Below the pieces are notes generated by a model. That model made no database searches. It was not told the DNA's origin and saw nothing but the letters and a program-made list of their open reading frames with translations. From NCBI GenBank assembly GCA_965205265.1, contig CBDBGH010000003.1, positions 3,296,001-3,360,000 on the forward strand: a stretch of DNA of 64,000 bases. Reading direction: 5' to 3'. Below are positions 1-9,470 of this stretch, one piece after another; the stretch's first letter is position 1; every line of letters begins with the position of its first letter. Source of the stretch: Alphaproteobacteria bacterium. Lineage in GTDB: Bacteria; Pseudomonadota; Alphaproteobacteria; Bin95. The translations under genes were made by a program, and so were the position numbers.

Positions 1-73
1 TCATGTAGAAATGCGAAACCGAAAGGCCGACGAACTGGTTCAGCCGGTCCACCGCGCGAATCAACCGCTGCAT
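1..73 (-). CDS. TRAP transporter small permease DctQ, 5' end only (runs off the window)
   Basis: Reverse strand reads MQRLIRAVDRLNQFVGLSVSHFYM, a typical DctQ N-terminus, directly downstream of dctP. Confidence 0.65.
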   Translation of the reverse strand, partial: MQRLIRAVDRLNQFVGLSVSHFYM

Positions 74-100
74 GGCTCGTTGTCCTGACCGGGTAAAGAG

Positions 101-132
101 AAGCCGTGACGGCTGCAGCGCCGCCACGGCTT
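101..132 (-). terminator. Stem-loop between dctP and dctQ (partial terminator or mRNA stabiliser)
   Basis: AAGCCGTG-ACGG...CCGC-CACGGCTT inverted repeat, followed on the minus strand by CTCTTTAC. Confidence 0.45.
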
Positions 133-174
133 CCGCGTTTATTCTGTGCGGGAAAGCCCTAAGCCGCTGCCAGC

Positions 175-1206
175 CTAGAGCAGGCCGAGCGTCTTCATGA
201 AAGCGATATGCTTGTCATAGGCTTCCTTGGCTAGATCGCTCTGCTTCGAGATATCGAGCCAGGCGCCCTGGGCGAGTTGGCGTAGCTTGTCGCGCTCTTC
301 CTGCGGCCAATCGACAATCTCCACGCCCTTCGTGCCCTCGCCGGCGCGGTCGAGTGCGACCAGCTTGCGATCCTGTACGTCGGTTGCGCGCGCCATGTCG
401 CTCCAGGCCGCATAGTACCAGGTCTCAAGCGCAGCCTGACCCTGCGGGCCGATCTTCTCCCACACGTCCTTGTTGATGACGAATTGCAGCACCGCCATAG
501 AATGGATGCCCGGATAGATCGGATACTTGGCGATCTTGTTGAAGCCGAGCGAGGTGTTGTTGGTGTAGGAACTGGCGTCCGCCGCATCGACGACCTTCTT
601 TTCCAGCGCCGTATAAAGCTCCGGGAACGGAATCGAGGTCGGCGCGGCTTCGGCCCGGCGGAAGACTTCCGCGGCCATGCCTTCCGGCGAACGCAGCTTC
701 ACACCCTTGAGGTCCGCCACCGACCTGATCGGAATCGTCGAGACGAAGGCCTCCTTGGCGAACGGGCCGGCGCCGACCACATGGATCTTGCCGCCGAAAT
801 GCTTGTCATAGGCCTTCTGGAGCACTTCGACGCCGCCGCCGAAGCGGAAGAACATCTGCTTCTGCTCAACCGTATCGTACCCGGCGATCAGGTCGCCCAG
901 GATGCCGAAGACAGGATCGCGGCCTGCGAAATAGGCCACAGCATTCAGGTCGCCCTGGAGAATGCCAGCGGCTACGGCCTGCGGCGTCTCGCGGTGCGGC
1001 ACGACGGTCTTGGACGGCCGGATGTCGATCTTGAGGTTACCGTAGGTCATGGCCTCAAGCTTCGGCACCCAGTGTTCGTTCAGATAGTTCAGGGAAAAAC
1101 TGCCCGCAGCATTGGCCGTCTGGATCTTGATGACGGTCTGGGCATGGCCGGAACCGGCGGCCGCCATGACAGCAACTGCCGCGGCGGCGGCAAGATAGCG
1201 TTTCAT
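175..1206 (-). CDS. dctP: TRAP transporter substrate-binding protein DctP
   Basis: Signal peptide MKRYLAAAAAVAV..AHA; motifs IRSVADLKGVKLR and ELYTALEKKVVDA; start placed at ATG 1206. Confidence 0.9.
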   Translation of the reverse strand: MKRYLAAAAAVAVMAAAGSGHAQTVIKIQTANAAGSFSLNYLNEHWVPKLEAMTYGNLKIDIRPSKTVVPHRETPQAVAAGILQGDLNAVAYFAGRDPVFGILGDLIAGYDTVEQKQMFFRFGGGVEVLQKAYDKHFGGKIHVVGAGPFAKEAFVSTIPIRSVADLKGVKLRSPEGMAAEVFRRAEAAPTSIPFPELYTALEKKVVDAADASSYTNNTSLGFNKIAKYPIYPGIHSMAVLQFVINKDVWEKIGPQGQAALETWYYAAWSDMARATDVQDRKLVALDRAGEGTKGVEIVDWPQEERDKLRQLAQGAWLDISKQSDLAKEAYDKHIAFMKTLGLL

Positions 1207-1380
1207 TCTGTGATATCCCCTCGGGTTTCGTCTCCGGCCCAAGGGCCGAACAGGGCGCAGAGTAGACCAACAGGACCCTGCAGTGTCAACGGCCTGGCGA
1301 AGCTGGCACCAAGTCCGAACGCCGCCGCCGCTTGCACCCGCCACCGACCTTCATCCGGCGGCGGCCGGGCGCAATCGCAG

Positions 1381-1749
1381 TCAGCGGCGCACGGTGCGGC
1401 TTTTTCTGGAGAGAGCCAGTTCAAGGAAGCGGGTCTTGATCCGCGCGAACAGTCCTGGCGGGATGAAACCGTAGCTGAAGGTGTCCGGCCGACCGGGCAG
1501 CGGAGACAGACCGGCGTCGGGCCATTCATCGACATTGTGTTCCGACACGATCACCCAGCTCGGCGCATCGTCGAGGCCCAGGGCCTGACTGACGCGCGCC
1601 GGAACCTCGATTCCCGCCGTATCGCCCGCGGGCGGCGTATGGGTGATCGGCAGCAGAGCGACGTAGCGCGGAAGGACCGCCGGGTGGGCAGCTACCAGAC
1701 AGGCCGGACGGGTCTTGCCCCGGTCGCGACCGGCGGCAGCCTCGTTCAT
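1381..1749 (-). CDS. PemK/MazF-like toxin (growth inhibitor family); possibly lacking its native start
   Basis: GKTRPACLV...LLPITHTPP...LGLDDAPSWVIVSEHN...FSYG pattern; directly downstream of a Phd antitoxin; family-like N-terminus PLPDPKPGPVIRYDYLW lies in frame upstream of ATG 1749 without a start codon. Confidence 0.65.
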   Translation of the reverse strand: MNEAAAGRDRGKTRPACLVAAHPAVLPRYVALLPITHTPPAGDTAGIEVPARVSQALGLDDAPSWVIVSEHNVDEWPDAGLSPLPGRPDTFSYGFIPPGLFARIKTRFLELALSRKSRTVRR

Positions 1750-1813
1750 CCAGAGGTAGTCGTAGCGGATGACCGGGCCCGGCTTCGGATCGGGAAGCGG
1801 CGCCGCTTCGTCG

Positions 1814-2068
1814 TTACGTCATCAGGTCGTCGAGCGGCTTATGCTCCCCATCCATCCCGGCGCGCTCCACGGCGCGGATGACCGTATCGGCGGCAGCGTC
1901 CGTGCGATGGCGGCGCTGCGCCGAAGCCCGAAGCCAGTCGTACTGCTCGGCAGACATGAGCACGAACTCGCGGCGTCCATACCGGGTGATCTCCACCGGC
2001 TCGAGCTGCGCTTCATGCTGGAACCGGCCGAACTTGCGCTGGAACTCGACAGCGTTCACGGTAGGCAC
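1814..2068 (-). CDS. Phd/YefM-family antitoxin
   Basis: GTG start with GGAGAGG RBS; MPTVNAVEFQRKFGRFQHEAQLEPVEITRYGRREFVLMSAEQY is the Phd signature. Confidence 0.85.
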   Translation of the reverse strand: MPTVNAVEFQRKFGRFQHEAQLEPVEITRYGRREFVLMSAEQYDWLRASAQRRHRTDAAADTVIRAVERAGMDGEHKPLDDLMT

Positions 2069-2102
2069 GGCGGCCTCTCCAGGTAATGGGCGCCTGCCAC
2101 AA

Positions 2103-2112
2103 TATACGTATA
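2103..2112. promoter_or_regulatory. Perfect palindrome TATACGTATA, probable autoregulatory operator of the Phd/PemK-like module
   Basis: AT-rich palindrome about 35 bp upstream of the antitoxin start, overlapping a TATATT -10-like hexamer on the minus strand. Confidence 0.5.
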
Positions 2113-2165
2113 ATCCGCGGAAACGAAGGGGCGGGGTGCCGCTCATTGCGATGCCTGCCGAATTC

Positions 2166-2199
2166 TTGACAAGGATGGCATCCTCGTTTCAGTGAGGAT
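2166..2199 (+). promoter_or_regulatory. Promoter/operator of the AbrB-like antitoxin
   Basis: TTGACA at 2166-2171 followed by palindrome AGGATG-G-CATCCT and overlapping inverted repeat ATCCTC...GAGGAT just before ATG 2201. Confidence 0.55.
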
Positions 2200-2200
2200 T

Positions 2201-2515
2201 ATGGCCAGGGTAACGAGCAAGCTGCAGATCACGGTGCCCAAGGCGCTGGCGGGACGTTACGGCATCCGGCCCGGCGACGAGGTCCGCTTCGAGGAGGCCG
2301 GCGAAACCATTCGCATGGTGCCCGCCGGCGCAGGCGCCCCTTCGGACGCCTTGGACCGCGAAGTGCGTCTGAGGCTGTTCGATGCGGCGACCGAACGGCA
2401 ACGCGCGCGCCAACCCGTTCGAATCTTCCATGAAGACGGACACGGGCCCGGCGAGCACAGGCGCGGCCGGACCGGGGATGAGCTTTACGAGCGCGGCAGC
2501 CCGAACGCCGATTGA
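2201..2515 (+). CDS. AbrB/MazE/SpoVT-family DNA-binding protein (VapB-like antitoxin, orphan)
   Basis: MARVTSKLQITVPKALAGRYGIRPGDEVRFEEAGETIRMVP swapped-hairpin motif; C-terminal ..DELYER. Confidence 0.85.
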   Translation: MARVTSKLQITVPKALAGRYGIRPGDEVRFEEAGETIRMVPAGAGAPSDALDREVRLRLFDAATERQRARQPVRIFHEDGHGPGEHRRGRTGDELYERGSPNAD

Positions 2516-2571
2516 CACCGGTATGACCCGCCTTGCGCGGGCAGCGTCCCGGCGGTTATGTTGCCGCGTGT

Positions 2572-2648
2572 CGGAGCGTAGCGCAGTCTGGTAGCGCATC
2601 ACACTGGGGGTGTGGGGGTCGCAGGTTCGAATCCTGCCGCTCCGACCA
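2572..2648 (+). tRNA. tRNA-Pro (anticodon GGG)
   Basis: CGGAGCG acceptor stem pairs with CGCTCCG+ACCA; D-loop AGTCTGGTA; anticodon loop CT-GGG-GG; T-loop GGTTCGAATCC; 77 nt. Confidence 0.97.
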
Positions 2649-2680
2649 GACGCGGGGCCGGGCTCCCGGAGAGGGCGTCC

Positions 2681-3424
2681 ATGGAGCCGCTGACGCTTGC
2701 CGTCGCCATTGCCGGCCTGTTCCTCGGCGGGCTCGTCAAGGGCGCCATCGGGCTCGGCATGCCGCTCGTCATGATCTCCGTGCTCGCCGTCGTCATGCCG
2801 CTGCGCGAAGCGCTGCCGCTGATCGCGGTGTCGCTCATCGCCGCGAATGTCTGGCAGATCTGGGCGACATGGCGGAACCGGCCCGGCCTGCGCCAATTGC
2901 TGAGCCTCGTGCTGCCGCTGATGGCGGCCGTGTGGATCGCGTCCGGCTTCATCGCCGAGGGCGATCCCGACCTGCTGAACGCGCTCGTCGGCCTCGTCGT
3001 CATCGGCTATGTCGCCGTTTCCCGGGCGCGCTGGGAGCCCCGGCTGCCGGAGCGGCTGGAGCCGGTCGTCACGCCGGCGGTCGGCGCGGCGGCGGGCGCC
3101 GTGGGCGGCATGACCGGCGTGTTCGGCCCGCAGCTCGGCGTCTATCTGCTCGCGCTCCGCATGGAGCCCGGCGCCATGGTCGGCCTGCTCGGCTGGACCC
3201 TGCTTGCCGGCTCGACCACGCTTGCGCTCGCACTTGCCGGCCACGGCCTGCTGGCGACGGCCGGCGAGTGGGCGCTCTCCGCCGCGGCCTTCCTGCCGGC
3301 GCTGGCGGGCCTCGTCGCCGGCGGCCGGCTGCGCGAGGCGATGCCGGTCGGGCGGTTCCGCACGCTGGTCATGGCCGGCCTGCTCCTGCTCGGCATTGCC
3401 AACCTGCGCGGTCTCGTGACATGA
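2681..3424 (+). CDS. Sulfite exporter TauE/SafE family membrane protein
   Basis: GGLVKGAIGLGMPLV and GAVGGMTGVFGP repeats, about 8 TM segments; GGAGAGG RBS. Confidence 0.85.
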   Translation: MEPLTLAVAIAGLFLGGLVKGAIGLGMPLVMISVLAVVMPLREALPLIAVSLIAANVWQIWATWRNRPGLRQLLSLVLPLMAAVWIASGFIAEGDPDLLNALVGLVVIGYVAVSRARWEPRLPERLEPVVTPAVGAAAGAVGGMTGVFGPQLGVYLLALRMEPGAMVGLLGWTLLAGSTTLALALAGHGLLATAGEWALSAAAFLPALAGLVAGGRLREAMPVGRFRTLVMAGLLLLGIANLRGLVT

Positions 3425-3774
3425 AGGCCGCCATGTCCCGCCCCTGCCTCCTCTACATGACCGCCGGCGACCGCGAGGAAGCGCTGGCGCTCGCCCGCAT
3501 GCTGGTGGGCGAGCGGCTTGCAGCCTGCGCCAATGTGCTGGGCGAGTCCGCCTCCGTCTATCGCTGGGAGGGCGCGGTGCAGGAAGAGGACGAGGTCGTG
3601 CTGGTGGCGAAGACGGTCGAGGACCGGGTGGAGGCGGCCGCGCGCCGGGTGCGCGAGGCGCACAGCTACGATGCCCCCTGCGTCGTGGCGCTGCCGATCT
3701 CGGGCGGCGACGCGGACTTCCTGGCCTGGGTCCGCGACGAGGTGCGGGAGCCGGAGACGGAGCCGGCGCGATGA
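3421..3774 (+). CDS. cutA: Divalent-cation tolerance protein CutA
   Basis: LVGERLAACANV, SVYRWEGAVQEEDEV, HSYDAPCVVALP; alternative start at 3433. Confidence 0.92.
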   Translation: MKAAMSRPCLLYMTAGDREEALALARMLVGERLAACANVLGESASVYRWEGAVQEEDEVVLVAKTVEDRVEAAARRVREAHSYDAPCVVALPISGGDADFLAWVRDEVREPETEPAR

Positions 3775-5018
3775 GGATCGGCCCCTTTCTCTTCCTCTGC
3801 GCCGGGCACAGCATCGACCATATCTTCATGCTGCTGTTCATGGCCGTGATCGGCATCACGGTCGCGCCCTTCTGGGGGCTGACCTACGGCGAGCTGGCCC
3901 TCCTGTTCACGCCGCCGACCATCATGTTCGGCCTTGGCGGGCCGCTTGCCGGCTGGCTCGCGGACCGCTGGTCCGGGCCCGGCATGATGACGGTGTATTT
4001 CATCGGCATCGGGCTGTCCTCCGTGTTCACCGGCTTCGCCGACGGCCCGGTCATGCTGGGCGCCGGCCTCACGCTGGTGGGCGTCTTCGCCTCGATCTAC
4101 CACCCGGTCGGCATCCCGCTCATCGTGCGCGGCGCGGGCGACAGGCGCGGCCGGCTGCTCGGCATCAACGGCGTGTTCGGCAGCGCCGGCATGGCGGTGA
4201 CGCCCGTCATCATGAGCGGCCTGCTGGCGGCGGGCGGCTGGCGGGCGGTGTTCATCGTGCCGGGACTCGTGGCGGTCGCGATAGGCGTCGTCTTCCACCT
4301 GCGCTTCCGGGAGAGCCTGCCGCTGAGCCGCGCGCGCGCCAGGGCGCCGGCTGCGCAGTCGGGACGCCGGGCGCTCATGCAGACCTGGCGGTCGCAGCCG
4401 GAAGCGGAGCGGCGCGATTTCGTGCGCGCCATGGTCATACTCGGCATCATCACCGTGGCCACCGGCCTGATCTTCCAGGCGCTCACCAACGGCGTGCCGA
4501 AGATCGTCAACCACCGCGTCACCGCGTTCGGCGACGACATCTTCCTCCTTTCGGCAACGGCCTCCGGCATCCTCGCGGTCAGCGGGCTGGCGCAGCTGAT
4601 CGGCGGCGAGCTGGCCGACCGCTTCCCGCTGCGCCGGCTGTTCATCGCCGTCTATGCCGGCCTGCCGCCGGCGCTTGCGGCCGCCGCCTTCGCCTGGGAC
4701 ATGCCGATGGTCGCGGTGTTCACGCTCGCCACGGCGATCGTCGTCGGCAACCAGCCGATCTCGGACCTGCTGTTTGCGCGCTACATGCCGGAGCAGTGGC
4801 TCTCGACCGCATACGGCATCCGATTCGCGCTCTCGCTCGGCAGCGGCGTCGTGGCCCTGCCGCTGCTGGGGCTCGGCTTCGACTACACGGGCGATTTCGC
4901 GCTGCTGTTCTACGCGATGGCGGCGGTGGCGGTGGTCGTGGTGCTGGCGGCGATGAAGCTGCCGGCCGAGGCGAAGGCGGACGCAGCCCGGACCGTCCGG
5001 ACGGCGCCGGGCGAATAG
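3771..5018 (+). CDS. MFS transporter
   Basis: 12-TM pattern, GWLADRWSG motif A, ASIYHPVG. Confidence 0.88.
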   Translation: MRIGPFLFLCAGHSIDHIFMLLFMAVIGITVAPFWGLTYGELALLFTPPTIMFGLGGPLAGWLADRWSGPGMMTVYFIGIGLSSVFTGFADGPVMLGAGLTLVGVFASIYHPVGIPLIVRGAGDRRGRLLGINGVFGSAGMAVTPVIMSGLLAAGGWRAVFIVPGLVAVAIGVVFHLRFRESLPLSRARARAPAAQSGRRALMQTWRSQPEAERRDFVRAMVILGIITVATGLIFQALTNGVPKIVNHRVTAFGDDIFLLSATASGILAVSGLAQLIGGELADRFPLRRLFIAVYAGLPPALAAAAFAWDMPMVAVFTLATAIVVGNQPISDLLFARYMPEQWLSTAYGIRFALSLGSGVVALPLLGLGFDYTGDFALLFYAMAAVAVVVVLAAMKLPAEAKADAARTVRTAPGE

Positions 5019-5023
5019 CGGCC

Positions 5024-6190
5024 GTGGAGCGTACCCAGGTCGGGATCGTCGGCGCCGGCCCCGCCGGCCTCATGCTCTCCCACCTGCTCGCCCGCGCCGG
5101 CATCGAAAGCGTGGTGCTGGAGCGCCGGTCTCGCGGCTGGATCGAGGCGCGGGTGCGGGCCGGGCTGCTGGAACAGGGCAGCGTGGCTCTGCTCGACCGC
5201 ACCGGCCTCGGCGCGCGCATGGCGAAGCTGGCGCTCCGCCATCGCGGCATCGAGATCTCGACGGGCGGGCGCCGGCGCCATATCGACTTCATGGAGATGA
5301 CCGGCGGCAAGGGCGTCACCGTCTATGCCCAGCACGAGGTGGTGAAGGACCTGGTGGCGGCGCGGCTCGAAGCCGGCGGCGATATCCGCTTCGAGGTCGA
5401 GGGCGTGCGGCTCGAAGGCATCGACGGGCGGGAGCCGCGCCTCGTCTGGCCGGGCGGCGCGCTTGTCTGCGATTTCATCGCCGGCTGCGACGGCTATCAC
5501 GGCGTCTCGCGCGCCTCGATCCCGCCGGACGCGCTGACGCTCTTCCACCGCGAGTTCCCCTATGCCTGGCTCGGCCTGCTCGCCGAGGCGCCGCCCTTCC
5601 AGGACGAGCTGGTCTATGCCCGCCACGAGGCCGGCTTCGCGCTGTTCAGCATGCGCTCGCCGGAGCTGACGCGCGCCTATGTGCAATGCCGGGCGGACGA
5701 GGACCCGGACAAGTGGACGGCCGACGAACTCTGGGACGAGCTCGACCGCCGGCTCGGCGTGCGCCTTAACCGCGGGCCGCTGCTGCTCAAGTCGGTGACG
5801 CCGATGCGCGCCTTCGTGGCCGAGCCGATGCGCCACGGGCGGCTCTTCCTCGCCGGCGACGCCGCCCATATCGTGCCGCCGACCGGCGCCAAGGGCATGA
5901 ATCTCGCCTTCGCCGATGTCGTGGCGCTCGCGCGGGCGCTTGCCGGCTACTACCGCGACGGCGACGGGGCGGGCCTCGACGCCTATTCGGACACCTGCCT
6001 TGCGCGCGTGTGGAAGGTGCAGCGCTTCTCCATGTGGATGACGCGCCTGCTGCACCGGGACCCGGCGCATGACGGGTTCGAGCGCCGCCTGCAGGGGGCG
6101 GAGCTGGACTACCTGCTCGGCTCCGACGCCGCTCGCCGCGCGCTCGCCGAAAACTACACCGGCCTGCCGCTCGACCTGGAGGGGGTGTAG
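5024..6190 (+). CDS. pobA: 4-hydroxybenzoate 3-monooxygenase
   Basis: GTG start; TQVGIVGAGPAGLML, RVRAGLLEQG, GCDGYHGVSR, GDAAHIVPPTGAKGMNLA, AENYTGLP. Confidence 0.95.
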   Translation: MERTQVGIVGAGPAGLMLSHLLARAGIESVVLERRSRGWIEARVRAGLLEQGSVALLDRTGLGARMAKLALRHRGIEISTGGRRRHIDFMEMTGGKGVTVYAQHEVVKDLVAARLEAGGDIRFEVEGVRLEGIDGREPRLVWPGGALVCDFIAGCDGYHGVSRASIPPDALTLFHREFPYAWLGLLAEAPPFQDELVYARHEAGFALFSMRSPELTRAYVQCRADEDPDKWTADELWDELDRRLGVRLNRGPLLLKSVTPMRAFVAEPMRHGRLFLAGDAAHIVPPTGAKGMNLAFADVVALARALAGYYRDGDGAGLDAYSDTCLARVWKVQRFSMWMTRLLHRDPAHDGFERRLQGAELDYLLGSDAARRALAENYTGLPLDLEGV

Positions 6191-6193
6191 TCC

Positions 6194-6222
6194 TTGCGGG
6201 CGGCGGCCCGGAACGCCATAAT
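6194..6222 (+). promoter_or_regulatory. Sigma70-type promoter for the first TM-coiled-coil gene
   Basis: TTGCGG-N17-CATAAT upstream of the GGAGG RBS. Confidence 0.55.
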
Positions 6223-6249
6223 CCCGCCGACCCTGACTGGAGGCTGCCC

Positions 6250-6603
6250 GTGGCCGCCGACAGCCCCGACGCGCCGCTCAGCGCCGCCGAAATACAGGAG
6301 TTCCGCCGGCTGCTTGCCGAGCGGCGGCGTTCCGGTGTCCGCGCCGACCCGCTGGCAACGACACTGGTCGGCGTCTTCGCCGCAGGCTTCCTCGCGCTCT
6401 TCGGATGGATGGCCTTCCAGACCCACGCCAACAACGCCGCCATCGCCGTGCTGCAAACCGATGTCGCCAGGCTGCAGGCCGATGTGAAAAAGCTGCAAGC
6501 CGGGCAGGAAGTGCTGAAGGCCGGGCAGGCAGAGTTGCGGGCCGAAATGCGGGCCGGACTGCAGGAACTGAAAGTCCTGATCCTGGAACAGAAGCGGAGA
6601 TAG
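6250..6603 (+). CDS. Hypothetical single-TM coiled-coil protein (paralogue 1)
   Basis: GGAGG RBS and GTG start; TM LVGVFAAGFLALFGWMAF followed by heptad repeats; paralogous to 6665-7006. Confidence 0.8.
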   Translation: MAADSPDAPLSAAEIQEFRRLLAERRRSGVRADPLATTLVGVFAAGFLALFGWMAFQTHANNAAIAVLQTDVARLQADVKKLQAGQEVLKAGQAELRAEMRAGLQELKVLILEQKRR

Positions 6604-6664
6604 CGCTGGGCAGGGGCCGGACCGGGACGCTATAGTCGGACCGATTCCAACTGGGAGGCCACCG

Positions 6665-7006
6665 GTGGCCGCCAACAGCCCGGACACACCGCTCAGCGCC
6701 GTAGAGATACAGGAGCTCCGCCGACTGCTCGCCGAGCAGCGGCGGCCCGGCTGGCGCGCCGACCCGCTGGCGGCAACGCTGGTCGGCGTGTTCGCGGCGG
6801 GGTTTCTCGGCCTCATCGGCTGGCTGGGATATGCCACCACAGAGAACGGCAAGACCATCACCGGTCTGGAAGCCGGCCAGAAGCATATCGACGCGCGCCT
6901 AGTAACGCTCGAAACCGGGCAGGAAGAGTTGAAGGCCGATATAGCGGAACTTCAGGCCGGGCAGAGAGAACTGAAGGTCATCCTGCTGGAACAGCGACGC
7001 AGATAA
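6665..7006 (+). CDS. Hypothetical single-TM coiled-coil protein (paralogue 2)
   Basis: GGGAGG RBS and GTG start; near-identical N-terminus and C-terminal ELKVxLLEQxRR to paralogue 1. Confidence 0.8.
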   Translation: MAANSPDTPLSAVEIQELRRLLAEQRRPGWRADPLAATLVGVFAAGFLGLIGWLGYATTENGKTITGLEAGQKHIDARLVTLETGQEELKADIAELQAGQRELKVILLEQRRR

Positions 7007-7025
7007 CGCTGCCCCCTCCCCCGCG

Positions 7026-7640
7026 CTACTCCGCGTAGAGCCAGGGGCGGGCTATGCGGTCGCCGGCCTCGAAGCTGTCGATGCTGTCTGCGCGCTCCAT
7101 GGTCATGCCGATGTCGTCGAGGCCGTTCAGCAGGCAGTGCTTGCGGAACGGATCGACCTCGAAGGCGATCTCCTCGCCGTCCGGGCGGGTGATGACCTGG
7201 TTTTCGAGATCGACCGTGATGCGCGCATTTTCGCCGCGCTCCGCATCCTCCATCAGCTTGTCGCGGTCCGCCGCCGGCAGCTTGATCGGCAGGAGGCCGT
7301 TCTTGAAGCTGTTGTTGTAGAAGATGTCGGCGAAGTCGGTGCCGAGAATGGCGCGCACGCCGTAGTCGGCCAGCGCCCAGGGCGCATGCTCGCGCGACGA
7401 CCCGCAGCCGAAATTGTCGCCCACCACAAGGATGTTGGCGCCCCGCCAGGCCGGCTGGTTCAGCACGAAGTCGGGGGTCTCGTTGCCCTCGGAGTCGAAG
7501 CGCATGTCGTTGAACAGGTGCCGCCCGAGGCCTTCGCGCTCGATGGTCCTGAGGAAGCGCGCGGGGATGATCTTGTCGGTGTCGATATTGATCTGCGGCA
7601 GCGGCGCGCCGACGCTCGTCACGGTCTCGAATTTGCGCAT
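7026..7640 (-). CDS. leuD: 3-isopropylmalate dehydratase small subunit
   Basis: [38 protein letters not shown]. Confidence 0.97.
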   Translation of the reverse strand: MRKFETVTSVGAPLPQINIDTDKIIPARFLRTIEREGLGRHLFNDMRFDSEGNETPDFVLNQPAWRGANILVVGDNFGCGSSREHAPWALADYGVRAILGTDFADIFYNNSFKNGLLPIKLPAADRDKLMEDAERGENARITVDLENQVITRPDGEEIAFEVDPFRKHCLLNGLDDIGMTMERADSIDSFEAGDRIARPWLYAE

Positions 7641-7654
7641 GGGTCCCTCCCCTC

Positions 7655-9067
7655 TCAGTCCAGGTCGCGCAGGTCGGCGAGGCGGCCGGCGACGGCGGCG
7701 GCCGCCGCCATGGCCGGGCTCACCAGGTGGGTGCGCCCGCCGGGACCCTGCCGGCCCTCGAAATTGCGGTTCGACGTGGAGGCGCTGCGCTCGCCGGGGG
7801 CGAGCCTGTCGTCGTTCATCGCCAGGCACATGGAGCAGCCCGGGTCGCGCCACTCGAAGCCGGCCTCGGTGAGGATGCGGTCGAGGCCCTCTTCCTCCGC
7901 CTGCGCCTTGACGAGGCCGGAGCCCGGCACCACGAGCGCGCGCACGCTGTCCGCCACCCTGCGCCCCTGGGCGACGGTGGCCGCCGCGCGGATGTCCTCG
8001 ATGCGCCCGTTGGTGCAGGAGCCGATGAACACCGTGTCGATGGCGATCTCCCGCAGCGGCTGGCCGGCGCGGAGCCCCATATAGTCGATGGACCGCTGCA
8101 CCGCCTGGCGCCGGTCCGGATCGTCGATGTCAGCCGGGTCCGGCACGCTTGCCGTGATCGGCAGCGCGTCCTGCGGGCTCGTGCCCCAGGTGACATGGGG
8201 CGCGATCTCGTCGGCGCGGATGCGCACCACCGTGTCGTAAACCGCGCCGGGGTCGGAGGGCAGGCGCTTCCAGACCGCGACCGCGGCGTCCCAGGCCGCG
8301 CCCTTGGGCGCATGCGGGCGGCCCTTGAGATAGCCGAAGGTGGTGTCGTCGGGCGCGATCAGCCCGGCGCGGGCGCCGGCCTCGATGGACATGTTGCAGA
8401 CCGTCATCCGCCCCTCCATGGAGAGGTCGCGAATCGCCTGGCCGGTATATTCGATCACATGGCCCGTGCCGCCGGCGGTGCCGATGCGCCCGATGATGGC
8501 GAGGATCAGGTCCTTCGCCGTGCAGCCGGCGGGCAGCGACCCTTCCACATCCACCTGCATGTTGCGCGCCGGGCGCTGGATCAGCGTCTGCGTCGCCAGC
8601 ACATGCTCGACCTCGGAGGTGCCGATGCCGAAGGCGAGCGCGCCGAACGCGCCGTGGGTCGAGGTGTGGCTGTCGCCGCAGACCACCGTGGTGCCGGGCT
8701 GGGTCATGCCTTGCTCCGGGCCGATGATGTGCACGATACCCTGCCGGACATCCTCTATCGGGTAGTAGGGCACGCCGAACTCGGCGACATTGCGCTCCAG
8801 CGTCTCGACCTGGATGCGCGATTCCTCGTTCTCGATCGTGCCTGCCCGGGCGCCCGGCCGGGTCGGGATATTGTGGTCGGCGACCGCGATGGTGGCGTCC
8901 GGCCGGCGCACGCCGCGCCCGGCGGCGCGGAGCCCCGCGAAAGCCTGCGGGCTCGTGACCTCATGCACCAGGTGGCGGTCGATATAGATCAGGCAGGTGC
9001 CGTCTTCCTGGGTATCGACCAGGTGGTTCGCCCAGATCTTGTCGAAGAGGGTGCGCGGTTCACTCAT
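7655..9067 (-). CDS. leuC: 3-isopropylmalate dehydratase large subunit
   Basis: [42 protein letters not shown]. Confidence 0.97.
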   Translation of the reverse strand: MSEPRTLFDKIWANHLVDTQEDGTCLIYIDRHLVHEVTSPQAFAGLRAAGRGVRRPDATIAVADHNIPTRPGARAGTIENEESRIQVETLERNVAEFGVPYYPIEDVRQGIVHIIGPEQGMTQPGTTVVCGDSHTSTHGAFGALAFGIGTSEVEHVLATQTLIQRPARNMQVDVEGSLPAGCTAKDLILAIIGRIGTAGGTGHVIEYTGQAIRDLSMEGRMTVCNMSIEAGARAGLIAPDDTTFGYLKGRPHAPKGAAWDAAVAVWKRLPSDPGAVYDTVVRIRADEIAPHVTWGTSPQDALPITASVPDPADIDDPDRRQAVQRSIDYMGLRAGQPLREIAIDTVFIGSCTNGRIEDIRAAATVAQGRRVADSVRALVVPGSGLVKAQAEEEGLDRILTEAGFEWRDPGCSMCLAMNDDRLAPGERSASTSNRNFEGRQGPGGRTHLVSPAMAAAAAVAGRLADLRDLD

Positions 9068-9470
9068 TGCCGTCGTTCCCGTTCTTGCGTTTCGTCTTCC
9101 TCACCACGCCGCGGGTGCGCTCCGCGATGCGCGCCGACCGTCCGCGCCGCTCGCGCAGGTAGTAGAGCTTCGCCCGGCGCACGCGCCCGCGCCGGATCAC
9201 CTCGATGCCGGCGATATTGGGCGAATAGAGCGGGAAGATGCGCTCGACGCCCTCGCCGGAGGAAATCTTGCGCACGACGAAGGAGGCGTTCAGGTTCCCG
9301 CCGCCGCGCCGCGCGATCACCACGCCTTCATAGGCCTGGATGCGCTCGCGGGTGCCCTCGACCACCTTGTAGTTCACCCGCACCGTATCGCCCGGGCGGA
9401 AGTCCGGAATCCCGCGCTCTCCGGTGAGCCGCTCGATCTGTTCGCGCTCCAGCGTCTCGATGATGTTCAT
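9060..9470 (-). CDS. rplS: 50S ribosomal protein L19
   Basis: [35 protein letters not shown]. Confidence 0.97.
   Translation of the reverse strand: MNIIETLEREQIERLTGERGIPDFRPGDTVRVNYKVVEGTRERIQAYEGVVIARRGGGNLNASFVVRKISSGEGVERIFPLYSPNIAGIEVIRRGRVRRAKLYYLRERRGRSARIAERTRGVVRKTKRKNGNDGNE

Noticed and set aside
2572-2648. tRNA-Pro as an integration site for an island
   Set aside because: No duplicated tRNA 3' end and no integrase seen in the window; the TA genes lie 5' of the tRNA
3518-6190. 890-aa ORF suggesting a large PobA fusion
   Set aside because: The upstream 500 codons are an off-frame shadow of cutA and the MFS gene; PobA homology starts at GTG 5024
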